This document shows, one piece after another, positions 42,361-50,884 of a DNA stretch of 64,000 bases. The stretch's first letter is position 1. Every line of letters starts with the position of its first letter. The notes under the pieces are model-generated. The model had not been told where the DNA came from. It ran no database searches and was given only the letters and a program-made list of their open reading frames with translations. Made by a program: the position numbers and the translations under genes. This DNA comes from a virus: IMG/VR virus record IMGVR_UViG_3300046167_000883, positions 32,001-96,000 of that record. One strand, 5' to 3'.

Positions 42361-42484
42361 ATTTGTCTTTACACTTTTTATTTTTAATTTTTTTTTCTCT
42401 TTTTTTTAATTTTATGTGTAACACTATGCACCCCCATCTGCTTAATCGCGTGGTGTGTTTTTGCTATCGGTCGTACAAAATTTT

Positions 42485-42523
42485 AGCCCCATTTTCTCAT
42501 ATCGAGATTTTGGGGCTTTTTTT
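42485..42523 (+). terminator. rho-independent terminator
   Basis: AGCCCCA...TGGGGCT followed by a T-run. Confidence 0.65.
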
Positions 42524-42538
42524 GTGTAAACAAGTTTA

Positions 42539-44047
42539 ATGGCTGACAATCCTCATTTTTTAGAAAAAGAAATTCATTCCACATTTAATTCTGGCGAATT
42601 AGCAAACAATTTCGACAGAAAAATAAGGGCATTAACCGACGACTTTCCAACCGATAGTTCTCAAAACAAAAGTTCGATTACTCGTTGTTATAGAGAATTA
42701 AATAATCAGCTATCTCGATTTGGCTTAAATGATTATATTAAGGGAGCAATTAATGCTGGTCTTTCTCCTATCGATTTGGAAGATGTTTTTTCTATTTATC
42801 GTTCTGGTTTATATTCTCAAGCAAAAGCTGCATATAGTCTTAGAGATCTTTTTGGCACAAATCCTCGTTGTGTTAAAGTTCGTAAGGGAACTTATGATCC
42901 AAGTAATCCCGAAGATTATGAAAAAGATTTTAGGGTAAGTGAACTCACTGATGGCACTCTGGAGACTTGGGTTGGTGCAGGAAACAATGGCTATATTGAA
43001 ACATGGTATGACCAAGTAGGTAGTGTACAAGATGACCCAGAAAATATTACTGGGTTTTTGATGAGAGGTGTAACCAACCCAACTACACTCAACGGCGAAT
43101 GGAAAAAGAATGGTAGCAATAAAAGCAAACCAATATGGAAGCAGCTAGTTGAAGGAAGTGATACTGAATTTACTAATCTTAGAATAATTTGGAATGGCAG
43201 TCAGTGGTTGATGCGTATAGCAGGTGGGGACAGTTTATTTTAGATCTTCAGCTTGATACCGATTATCCATTCCATAAAGATAATGTTTGGGTGGCAGAAT
43301 CGGGCTATACAGGCACACCAACGTTTCATAGTTTTGATGGTGGATGGTATGATCCAACTGCTGGAGAAGGTGGTATGCTTACTCAAGATTCTGAATCTTT
43401 CCAACCTCTTATTGTGTCAAATGGAACCTACTTAGGGAGAAATCGATTTTTCTGATGAGTACGCTGATCCAACATCAGAGTACGAAACATCTGAACTTAA
43501 TCGCGATAGATTGAATTCTCACTTTAAATTTAACTTACAACCATGGAACGAACAGTATCTTTCTATATTCACCGTAGCTGCATTTGATAAAGATGCAGGA
43601 GAACTCGTTGATGGTAACCATAAAAATCAAGTCTTTCTCGTAAATCAAGCGCCAGTCGAAGCGGGTGATGCATTTCAACGGATGGTATTTGATAATGCTG
43701 GAAATTATAAATTTACTTTAAACGATGGGTCTGACCAGAGGTTTATTGGAAGTGGGCCAGGAGATTATGGAGATAATTCATATCATGTTTTTAGTACTAT
43801 AATATATGATGCCAGGTCGTATGGAGGCCCAAGAGCCAGGGGTGAGAATTATGTAGACGGGGGCGATTATAAAGATAGAAAAAATTTAAACGTTATAGAT
43901 TCAACGGTTGGTGAAGATACTCTCTATTCAGCGCCATCAAATCCATTCTTGGGTAAAGTTAAGGAATTGATCATCTTCGAGAATGACCAATACATAAATA
44001 GATCAGCAATAATGGCGGACATTAATAGTTACCACAAAATTTACTAA
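42539..44047 (+). CDS. virion adhesin with a single AAYSLR/TWYDQ module (split by +1 errors at ~43240, ~43253, ~43436)
   Basis: ORFs 42539, 43189 and 43511 join as ...SLFRSSADTDYPF...GTYLGEIDFSDEY...; ends GKVKELIIFENDQ..NRSAIMADINSY like the adhesin C-halves. Confidence 0.7.
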
Positions 44048-44048
44048 A

Positions 44049-44306
44049 ATGTCTGAGAACCCCCATTTTTTAGAAAAACAAATTCACTCCAATTTTGATT
44101 CGGGGTTTTTGGCCACAGGTTTTGATTCAAGAATTTCTGGTCTAGCTAACGATTACCCAACTGGTGATGCTGGCAATATATTTCTATACGATAGGACGAT
44201 TAGAGAACTCAACAGAAAGCTCGATAGTTTTGGCCTTAATTCGTACATAAAGGGCGAAACAGACGCGGGTTTTACTCCTTCAGATATTTCTGGATTTTTT
44301 AGTTGA
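44049..44306 (+). CDS. small virion protein, paralog of the 42539 N-terminus
   Basis: NPHFLEKxIHSxFxSG...RELNxxLxxFGLNxYIKG shared with 42539. Confidence 0.75.
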   Translation: MSENPHFLEKQIHSNFDSGFLATGFDSRISGLANDYPTGDAGNIFLYDRTIRELNRKLDSFGLNSYIKGETDAGFTPSDISGFFS

Positions 44307-44715
44307 CTTTTGTGTTTTTTTGAACAATATGGTTTGTATTGTTCATTGAAATTTTTAATAGTTCTGATATTCTTAGGAGTATTGGGTAATGATCCACCAT
44401 TCCAATAGGGGGTAACTAAAACGTAGTGTATAATGTGCTAAGACATAAGGCCTGTGGAATAGGCATTGATTGAGCGGTATACTGTTAGATCAATCATTTA
44501 TTATGCAAGGTAACTTCGCTACATCATCTATTGGGTTAACTATTAAGTAGACCTGCCATGCCTCTGATTCAAGCATAATTTGGCGAAAAAGTATAAGAAT
44601 CTGATCAAATCTTATATTGGTGTTTAGATTGAGTTCGTAATTCCTCTGCGACGGCGGGGGTTGATAAAGAGGATAAGGATTGCGCTTTTCGCGGTCGACT
44701 CCCTCACACTTTTAA

Positions 44716-44790
44716 GGGCTTGTGGCTGACTGGTAAAGCAGCGAACTCATAATTCGTCACATTTTGGTTCAAATCCGAACGGGCCTACCA
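44716..44790 (+). tRNA. tRNA with CAT anticodon (Ile2 or Met)
   Basis: GGGCTTG acceptor; anticodon arm GCGAA-CTCATAA-TTCGT; T-loop GGTTCAAATCC; encoded CCA. Confidence 0.85.
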
Positions 44791-44833
44791 TTTTTTCTTG
44801 ACTTATTTTATTTTGGGGCCATTATATCACTCA

Positions 44834-45442
44834 ATGCTTAAAGATAAGATACTTGACTTAAAATTAAAGGGATTGAATCAATCCGAAATAGCTCTCAAAC
44901 TTGGTTGCGCCAAATCTACTGTATGTTGGCACTTTAATCCCGAAAAACAATTAAAAAAAGCTCAACAGCGCAAAAAAAAGATCCCACCACATATTGTTAA
45001 GTGGCAACGTAACATATCGCGCTTTTCTACGGCCAAAACAAAAAATAAAGTAAAACGAGAAATAAAAGAATTGACACTTTCAGAAGCTTCTGCTAATTTT
45101 CGTGGCAGATTAAAAGATTACGCAAAAAAGCACAAATCTGATACAGAAAGAACTAAAATGGTAAATATTAAAAAAGTAGAAGAAAAATACAACATTACAG
45201 AAGAAAACACAAAAATCATCTGCCGATATACTGGTGACGTTCTTGATTGGAAGCGTCCAGGAGAATGTGAGATTGACCACACGGAACCCCGATCAAAAGG
45301 TGGCGAAAATACAATCGAAAACCTACAAATCTTGTCAAAAGCCGCGAATCAAGCAAAAGGTGATATGACTCACGACGAATTTATCGAATTTATAAAAAAG
45401 TGTTACCACCATTGTTGTGTGGATGACAATTCGGTCGAGTAG
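44834..45442 (+). CDS. HNH homing endonuclease with N-terminal HTH
   Basis: GLNQSEIALKLGCAKSTV HTH; CRYTG...EIDHTEPRSKGGENTIENLQ...NQAK; start ATG 44834 after TTGACT-N16-CATTAT. Confidence 0.85.
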   Translation: MLKDKILDLKLKGLNQSEIALKLGCAKSTVCWHFNPEKQLKKAQQRKKKIPPHIVKWQRNISRFSTAKTKNKVKREIKELTLSEASANFRGRLKDYAKKHKSDTERTKMVNIKKVEEKYNITEENTKIICRYTGDVLDWKRPGECEIDHTEPRSKGGENTIENLQILSKAANQAKGDMTHDEFIEFIKKCYHHCCVDDNSVE

Positions 45443-45505
45443 CATAATGGATAATGCAACGGATTTCTAATCCGTCGATTGCAGGTTCGAGTCCTGTCTC
45501 GACTA
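45433..45505 (+). tRNA. tRNA-Arg(TCT)
   Basis: GGTCGAG/CTCGACT acceptor; ACGGA-TTTCTAA-TCCGT; GGTTCGAGTCC; no encoded CCA. Confidence 0.9.
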
Positions 45506-45522
45506 AAATTTAAAACAAAATA

Positions 45523-45765
45523 ATGAAAGACATAACAGAAATAGCAGAATACTTACACGACGAAGCCCTCGTTCTTGAAGGCTTGGATGATTGCATCCTT
45601 GGATATAGCGAGGATGGGATTTTGATTTATTCCTACACCAGAATGCTCGACCACTTTACCGAAATTGACGGAATGAGCCAAGAAGAAGCCGCAGAATGGA
45701 TCGATTACAATGTGATGGGGCTTATGCCTAATGGTTTGGGGTTTATTATGTGTTATGAGGTATAA
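45523..45765 (+). CDS. conserved-looking phage hypothetical protein
   Basis: GLDDCILG...YSY...GMSQEEAAEWIDYN. Confidence 0.7.
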   Translation: MKDITEIAEYLHDEALVLEGLDDCILGYSEDGILIYSYTRMLDHFTEIDGMSQEEAAEWIDYNVMGLMPNGLGFIMCYEV

Positions 45766-45766
45766 A

Positions 45767-46195
45767 ATGGGAGACCTGCACCCCTTTGACAAAAATCTTG
45801 TGTTTTATAAATACCGAGGAGATAAGGAAAGGTGGGTTTCTTATAAATGGCTAAAAGAACAAAGACTTAGAGCCGCCAAATCAAATAAAAAACATTACAA
45901 CAAAAACAAAGAATATTATATCAGTAAAGCTCAAGAAAGAAAAAACAAGACCCAAAATATAAACCTTTCTGATTTTAATAAAGAAAAAATAAAAAAAATA
46001 TATACCAGCGCCGAAGATGATCATGTAGATCATATCTTTCCTTTGGTTCATCCTCATTTTTGTGGTTTGCATGTGCCTTGGAATTTGCAAGTGCTTACGG
46101 TTTTTGGGAACCTATCTAAAGGCAACAAGGTTGAAGAAAAGTATTATAGCATCCTTGCAGATAACACATTAAGGTTTGAGGAAAACAGGGTTTGA
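45767..46195 (+). CDS. HNH endonuclease
   Basis: HVDHIFPL...CGLHVPWNLQVLT..NLSKGNK; start moved to ATG 45767. Confidence 0.8.
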   Translation: MGDLHPFDKNLVFYKYRGDKERWVSYKWLKEQRLRAAKSNKKHYNKNKEYYISKAQERKNKTQNINLSDFNKEKIKKIYTSAEDDHVDHIFPLVHPHFCGLHVPWNLQVLTVFGNLSKGNKVEEKYYSILADNTLRFEENRV

Positions 46196-46409
46196 CTTTT
46201 TTTGGGTTTTTTTCTAATAAGGTCGCGACTTTGATGACGCGTTTCTCGAAAAAGGGGTGGGGTACTCGCGCCAATTTCGAATCGTGAAAAATCGCTGGGA
46301 GATAGAAATCTGTCTCCCCCCCGCTTGTCCTGTGTTTTGACCGCCTCTTTTTTTCAACAATGGGTGGGGGTATACCGCAAAAAAAAAATCACTTTTTTCG
46401 CCTAAGTGC

Positions 46410-46438
46410 TTGACTTATCGAAAAATTTTTCCTATTCT
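46410..46438 (+). promoter_or_regulatory. first early sigma70-type promoter
   Basis: TTGACT-N17-TATTCT. Similar promoters at 46673, 46852, 47471, 48271, 48510, 48745, 49663, 50828 (+) and 52971, 53450, 56483, 61063 (-). Confidence 0.75.
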
Positions 46439-46469
46439 GTAAGCATAATCAAATTAACCAAAAAAAATT

Positions 46470-46640
46470 ATGAAAACTGCAACACTAGACTTCGCCTCTC
46501 AAGTTAACATTCTCGCTATCGATAGCGAGTACCACATGGCTCTTGTCATGGATGAAGACGGAGGCGAGTTTGAAGTCTCGCTTAACCGTCTCGACAATAT
46601 CCAAGACGAAATTCTCGACCTCTCACCGCTCGAACGGTGA
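46470..46640 (+). CDS. small early protein (56 aa)
   Basis: Hand translated MKTATLDFASQVNILAIDSEYHMALVMDEDGGEFEVSLNRLDNIQDEILDLSPLER; has its own promoter. Confidence 0.7.
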   Translation: MKTATLDFASQVNILAIDSEYHMALVMDEDGGEFEVSLNRLDNIQDEILDLSPLER

Positions 46641-46707
46641 GAGAAAAAAAATTAAAAAACTTTGCGATTCGCTTGACAAACCCTAACTTTTTCGCATACT
46701 TGTAATC

Positions 46708-46872
46708 ATGAACGAAATTGAAAACGCAATCGACTTTCTCACACAAGCTAACTACAACGCGAACCGCGAGCGCGGTGAATCACCTCGCCGTCTTGCCTTG
46801 GTTTTCGGAAAAGAAAAAGTTGTGATCATGGAAAAAACTTTCCAAAATCGCTTGACAATCGCACAAAAATAA
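46708..46872 (+). CDS. small early protein (54 aa)
   Basis: MNEIENAIDFLTQANYNANRERG...; ATG 7 nt after the -10 of TTGACA-N16-CATACT. Confidence 0.7.
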   Translation: MNEIENAIDFLTQANYNANRERGESPRRLALVFGKEKVVIMEKTFQNRLTIAQK

Positions 46873-46886
46873 CCACACTCTTAATC

Positions 46887-47066
46887 ATGAAAGTCACACA
46901 AACAAAAAGTAAAACTGGAAAAGATCTGATGAAGGTCGAATGGGATTCACTTAGCCTCGACGCTTTCGCTGAAAAAAAGAGCGAGCTACTCGCGCAAGGC
47001 TATAAATACGTCAACAGCGTCGACGTTCCGATGTCGATCATTAAACACGCTTACTTCGCAAAATGA
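46887..47066 (+). CDS. small early protein (59 aa)
   Basis: MKVTQTKSKTGKDLMKVEWDS...; own TTGACA promoter. Confidence 0.7.
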   Translation: MKVTQTKSKTGKDLMKVEWDSLSLDAFAEKKSELLAQGYKYVNSVDVPMSIIKHAYFAK

Positions 47067-47212
47067 AAATTTTTGAACTACTAGCAGTCATCGCCTTCGG
47101 GCTAGTCTTAGGGCTAGCCCTCTACCTAGGGCTTAAGCTCGACGACAAAGCGCAAGAGATAAAAGAAAACTCTTGGCATCGCTTCGAAGAAATCGACAAC
47201 GCAATCAAATAA
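47063..47212 (+). CDS. small early membrane protein (49 aa)
   Basis: MKIFELLAVIAFGLVLGLALYLGLK...; ATGA-coupled to the previous gene. Confidence 0.65.
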   Translation: MKIFELLAVIAFGLVLGLALYLGLKLDDKAQEIKENSWHRFEEIDNAIK

Positions 47213-47216
47213 TAAA

Positions 47217-47330
47217 ATGGAATTAAAAATTGACAGATTCACCATTGTGTGCTTGTGCATCACGCTTTGCTTCGGCGTAGCGATCAATAAATTTGACTTG
47301 GTTAGGATGGCGCTTGGTTGGCTTATGTAA
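47217..47330 (+). CDS. small hydrophobic protein (37 aa)
   Basis: MELKIDRFTIVCLCITLCFGVAINKFDLVRMALGWLM; its TAA is supplied by the repeat element. Confidence 0.55.
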   Translation: MELKIDRFTIVCLCITLCFGVAINKFDLVRMALGWLM

Positions 47331-47403
47331 GTGCCTGAGTATCAACGACTTACGGCGCGGGGCGCCCCCCCGCCGCGCAAGTGCTTGATATACAACGACT
47401 TAC
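47327..47403. repeat. 77-bp double-palindrome element, copy 1
   Basis: GTAAGTGCCTG-AGTAT-CAACGACTTAC, 23-bp GC spacer, GCAAGTGCTTG-ATATA-CAACGACTTAC. Confidence 0.95.
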
Positions 47404-47413
47404 GAAACCGCTG

Positions 47414-47430
47414 TTCAAATGCCGTGCCAA
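47414..47430 (-). promoter_or_regulatory. sigma54-like promoter facing element 1
   Basis: Minus strand TTGGCAC-GGCAT-TTGA (one mismatch at -12). Confidence 0.5.
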
Positions 47431-47505
47431 CTTTATAAAATTTTTTTTTCACTTTTTTCTGCTTGAGGGCTTGACAGCCGCACCAAAATCCACATTGTTT
47501 TAATT

Positions 47506-47760
47506 ATGGAAGCTAAATTATATGATGTATCGGGTCTCTTTGAAACAGGAACTGAAACCGCAACTTTCGACCGCTCGCGCGAGGGTTTGGACGCCGCCTA
47601 CGAATTCGTGAATAATGCCTTCGCTTGGGAAATCAAGTGCGGGTCTGAGTTGGTCGACGAGTGCGACCCTTGGGTGGAAGAAGACCGTGATGAGTGTCGA
47701 TCTTACTCATTCAAGCAAGAGCGCCCTCACTTACTCCTCTGCCTATTCGTTTTAATCTAA
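47506..47760 (+). CDS. early hypothetical protein
   Basis: ORF track; ATG 7 nt after the -10 of TTGACA-N16-CATTGT. Confidence 0.65.
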   Translation: MEAKLYDVSGLFETGTETATFDRSREGLDAAYEFVNNAFAWEIKCGSELVDECDPWVEEDRDECRSYSFKQERPHLLLCLFVLI

Positions 47761-47779
47761 CCTATAAATCCATACTACA

Positions 47780-48106
47780 ATGAGCAAAGCAATCCTAGTT
47801 GACCCATTCGTCCCAGAAATCAAACCCGTGGAGGTCGAAGACTTCCACTGTATCCAACGCCATATCGGATGCGACGTGTTTACCTGCGTACGCTTTCCAG
47901 ACGGGAAGCACGTTGCCTACGTCGACGACGAGGGCTTAATCAACGGCACGGAACTTGCCGTTCGATTCACAGACGACATTTACCCGCAGCCTCTCGCTGG
48001 TCGCGTTCTCATTCTTGCCGACGACGGCATGGGCGGCGACGCCGACTGCGAGTTGACAGGCGCAGACATTCAAGCGGTGATTCGCGGAATTGTAAGCATT
48101 TTTTAG
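47780..48106 (+). CDS. DUF3846-like protein
   Basis: IQRHIG...YVDDEGL...PLAGRVLIL. Confidence 0.65.
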   Translation: MSKAILVDPFVPEIKPVEVEDFHCIQRHIGCDVFTCVRFPDGKHVAYVDDEGLINGTELAVRFTDDIYPQPLAGRVLILADDGMGGDADCELTGADIQAVIRGIVSIF

Positions 48107-48115
48107 TTGACATCC

Positions 48116-48191
48116 GTAAGTCCCTGCAAGTCAACGACTTGCGGGGCGGGGGCGGCCGCGGCGGCGCAAGTGCTTGATACTCAACACTTAA
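48116..48191. repeat. double-palindrome element, copy 2 (spacer apparently inverted)
   Basis: GTAAGTCCCTG-CAAGT-CAACGACTTGC, 23-bp G-rich spacer, GCAAGTGCTTG-ATACT-CAACACTTAA. Confidence 0.9.
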
Positions 48192-48305
48192 TCAAACAAA
48201 AAATTTTATGCTCCAGGTTGGCTTTCTACTATTTGGCGACCTATTTGCGTTCGATTTGCGTTCGATTTGCTTGACAACTGATTTGGATTCAATCACTATA
48301 CAAAA

Positions 48306-48536
48306 ATGAAAATTACACTAGACCTAACCAAAGAAGAGTGCCAAATCATCCGCGACGCTTTAACTAAGCGGATCTTAATCGAAGACAATTATCAACGCGA
48401 TTTACTTAGAGCGACGCAAACATCTTCCGTTTCTAACCTTATGCAATTAAGCGATCGGCAGCGCAATAAAATGTCGAACCTTCAAGATCAATTTTCTTCA
48501 CTTTTTCTGTTGACCAAGTGGAATCAATCAGCATAA
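48306..48536 (+). CDS. early hypothetical protein
   Basis: MKITLDLTKEECQIIRDAL; own promoter at 48271. Confidence 0.7.
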   Translation: MKITLDLTKEECQIIRDALTKRILIEDNYQRDLLRATQTSSVSNLMQLSDRQRNKMSNLQDQFSSLFLLTKWNQSA

Positions 48537-48565
48537 TAATAAACACAATCAACCAACACCAAACT

Positions 48566-48736
48566 ATGAGAACAGACATCACAATCACACTAGACGAAGC
48601 AAAAGACATTCTTGAAGAATACTTCGCAAAGCAACAAAACCTTGAACCAATGGAGACTTATGTCAGAATCACACTAGAGGGTTACATTGTTGACACTTTG
48701 CTTGAAGATGAGCCTGTCTACACAGCAAATGTATAA
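48566..48736 (+). CDS. early hypothetical protein
   Basis: Likely start ATG 48566 (MRTDITITLDEAK), after TTGACC-N16-CATAAT. Confidence 0.65.
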   Translation: MRTDITITLDEAKDILEEYFAKQQNLEPMETYVRITLEGYIVDTLLEDEPVYTANV

Positions 48737-48807
48737 AAAAACCCTTGACAAATTAAAACAATCTGTCATAATAGCAGCTTAATCAAAAATCCAAAAGGAG
48801 AAAAGAT

Positions 48808-49050
48808 ATGAAACTAAACGCAATACAAAAAACACGCCTCGCAATCCGCCGCGCTTTCGCTAAAAACAACATGGCAGAGATTACCTACAACAAAAAGAGC
48901 GACGATACTAAAAGCTCTTACATCATCGACATGAACTTCATCGAAGACTTCGGTGATATGTTCAACACTTACTCTTATGCTACTGGCTTTAAGAATGGCG
49001 GCGTTCGTTCGTTCTATAAGAACAGGATCGAAAAAATAAAACTCGTCTAA
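48808..49050 (+). CDS. small WYL/SH3-like beta-barrel protein
   Basis: EITYNKK...GGVRSFYKNRIEKIKLV resembles the WYL C-terminal RxFxxxRI motif. Confidence 0.5.
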   Translation: MKLNAIQKTRLAIRRAFAKNNMAEITYNKKSDDTKSSYIIDMNFIEDFGDMFNTYSYATGFKNGGVRSFYKNRIEKIKLV

Positions 49051-49080
49051 CTTTCTCGTTGGTTAAACGTGTGTGTGGTT

Positions 49081-49115
49081 GCCGCCTCGTCTTGTGGTTA
49101 GGGCGGGGCGGCTTT
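49081..49115 (+). terminator. rho-independent terminator
   Basis: GCCGCCTCGTCT...GGGCGGGGCGGC followed by TTT. Confidence 0.6.
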
Positions 49116-49132
49116 AACAAACAAAAAAAAAT

Positions 49133-49498
49133 ATGACAAACAATACAGTCAGAGTCTACCGCAACTTAAACAAAAAATGTCTTTCGGTTCAGTCTTGGGT
49201 CGAAGGTAAAGGTTGGCGCGTCACGGATCACGTTCAAAAGATCTTTCTAGACAACGCGTCTTTCAAAGTCTCGCAAGCGGGGCGCCGTAGAGTCTTAGCA
49301 GAACAAAAGAAAAATGTTCATGCGTTTATCGTTGGCAAAAGAGTTGAGCAGCCAAAGAAAACTCCCGTTGAGTTGGTGAAATACAATCCTTACCATTGCC
49401 CCAACTTCTACTATGTGGCAAACCCTAACCGTTATCCCGTTAGTGTTAGCTCTGTTGAGATCACGCCCAAAATGATAAAGGCTAGTCTCGTAGGTTAA
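49133..49498 (+). CDS. conserved-looking phage early protein
   Basis: VRVYRNLNKKCLSV...GRRRVLAEQKKNVHAF...YNPY. Confidence 0.75.
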   Translation: MTNNTVRVYRNLNKKCLSVQSWVEGKGWRVTDHVQKIFLDNASFKVSQAGRRRVLAEQKKNVHAFIVGKRVEQPKKTPVELVKYNPYHCPNFYYVANPNRYPVSVSSVEITPKMIKASLVG

Positions 49499-49506
49499 TA
49501 GGTTCC

Positions 49507-49583
49507 GTAAGTCTTTGATAACCAAGGACTTGCGTTACCTCGGCCCCCCGCGCCGCGCAAGTCGTTGATATTCAACAACTTAC
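49507..49583. repeat. 77-bp double-palindrome element, copy 3
   Basis: GTAAGTCTTTG-ATAAC-CAAGGACTTGC, 23 bp, GCAAGTCGTTG-ATATT-CAACAACTTAC. Confidence 0.95.
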
Positions 49584-49698
49584 GAAACTCTTTACGCGGC
49601 CTCGGCTCGGCTTGTCAATACTTTTCTTAAAAAAGTTTTAGAAAAATTTTTCTGAAAATCGCTTGACTTACTGACTCGCTGAATCAATACTCCTTCTT

Positions 49699-50406
49699 AT
49701 GGCTAAACTACTAAACAACGGAAATGCGAAAACTAGCAAAGGCGAAAAACTCGGTTGGATCACTTACGGTCTACACCTTGCGCCTTTTAACCTAAGCGGA
49801 AAAAATGTTTGCTCTCATGCTTCAAAAGGCTGCGCTGCTGCTTGCCTTAACACGGCAGGACGCGGCGCAATGTCAAACGTTCAAAACGCGCGAATCGCTA
49901 AAACTCAAAAATTCTTTGCGGATAAAGAAGCCTTTACTTGGCAACTTGCAAAAGAGATTGGCAATGCTGTAAAGCTCGCAACCAGGAAAGGAATGAAGCC
50001 TTGCTTTCGTCTCAACCTTACAAGCGACTTGCCTTGGGAAAACATAAAGGTAGAATCGCACGGGAAAAAGCTTTCGCTTATGGAAATGTTTCCAAATGTT
50101 CAATTCTACGACTACACGAAAAACTTTAAGCGGATGCTTTCTTTTCTCAAAGGTGAAATGCCGAAAAACTATCACCTTACTTTTTCGCGTAGTGAATGCA
50201 ACGACGACAAAGTTTCAATCGTAAAAGAACTTGGCGGCAATATCGCTGCTGTCTTTCGTAACGAGTTGCCAAAGGCTTGGAAAAATGTTCAAGTGATCGA
50301 CGGAGACGAAACTGACTTACGCTTCTTGGATGGGGCAAATAAAATTATTGGATTGGTTGAAAAAGGTCTTGCCAAAAAGGACAAATCGGGGTTTGTTATA
50401 GGCTGA
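49699..50406 (+). CDS. Gp88-like Cys-motif protein
   Basis: CSHASKGCAAACL, RLNLTSD, FYDYTK, NYHLTFS, DGDETDLRFLD. Confidence 0.7.
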   Translation: MAKLLNNGNAKTSKGEKLGWITYGLHLAPFNLSGKNVCSHASKGCAAACLNTAGRGAMSNVQNARIAKTQKFFADKEAFTWQLAKEIGNAVKLATRKGMKPCFRLNLTSDLPWENIKVESHGKKLSLMEMFPNVQFYDYTKNFKRMLSFLKGEMPKNYHLTFSRSECNDDKVSIVKELGGNIAAVFRNELPKAWKNVQVIDGDETDLRFLDGANKIIGLVEKGLAKKDKSGFVIG

Positions 50407-50452
50407 TGCTACTGTTCTTTCTTCTTATCTTTCTCACTGTAATAATAACGCG

Positions 50453-50662
50453 ATGACAAAAAATCAAAGATACTATGAAATCAAAAAAATCTGCGAATCT
50501 AAAAATCTCAAAAACGACATTAGGCAACTGCCCTCAACCGAAGCCGACTTGCTCGACGAGTTTTCTCGATTCGATACAACGCTTGAACCAACTGACAATC
50601 TACAGGACTCGGACAAATGGCAAAACAAATTCCTTCAAAACTTAATCTTTGGAACGTCTTAA
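50453..50662 (+). CDS. early hypothetical protein
   Basis: 69-aa ORF ending 10 bp before element 4. Confidence 0.6.
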   Translation: MTKNQRYYEIKKICESKNLKNDIRQLPSTEADLLDEFSRFDTTLEPTDNLQDSDKWQNKFLQNLIFGTS

Positions 50663-50672
50663 AGACGATTCC

Positions 50673-50749
50673 GTAAGTGCTTGATTATCAGGCACTTACG
50701 CGATCGCGGCCCCCCCGCGCCCGTAAGTCCTTGGTAAACAACGACTTAC
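50673..50749. repeat. 77-bp double-palindrome element, copy 4
   Basis: GTAAGTGCTTG-ATTAT-CAGGCACTTAC, 23 bp, GTAAGTCCTTG-GTAAA-CAACGACTTAC. Confidence 0.95.
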
Positions 50750-50770
50750 AGAACTCTGAATCGCGGCATA

Positions 50771-50787
50771 CGCAAACCCCGTGCCAA
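50771..50787 (-). promoter_or_regulatory. sigma54 promoter facing element 4
   Basis: Minus strand TTGGCAC-GGGGT-TTGC, perfect -24/-12 spacing. Confidence 0.65.
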
Positions 50788-50884
50788 TTTGTATCGAAAA
50801 AAAATTCACTTTTTTCGTTTTATAGGGTTGACGAAAGCAAAAATTTTTCCCATACTGTGATCTTAACCTAAAATAATAAATACT

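Noticed and set aside
44448-44790. tmRNA
   Set aside because: The size fits, but there is no G3-U70 acceptor pair and no tag ORF ending in (L)AA; the 3' part is a normal tRNA-CAT.
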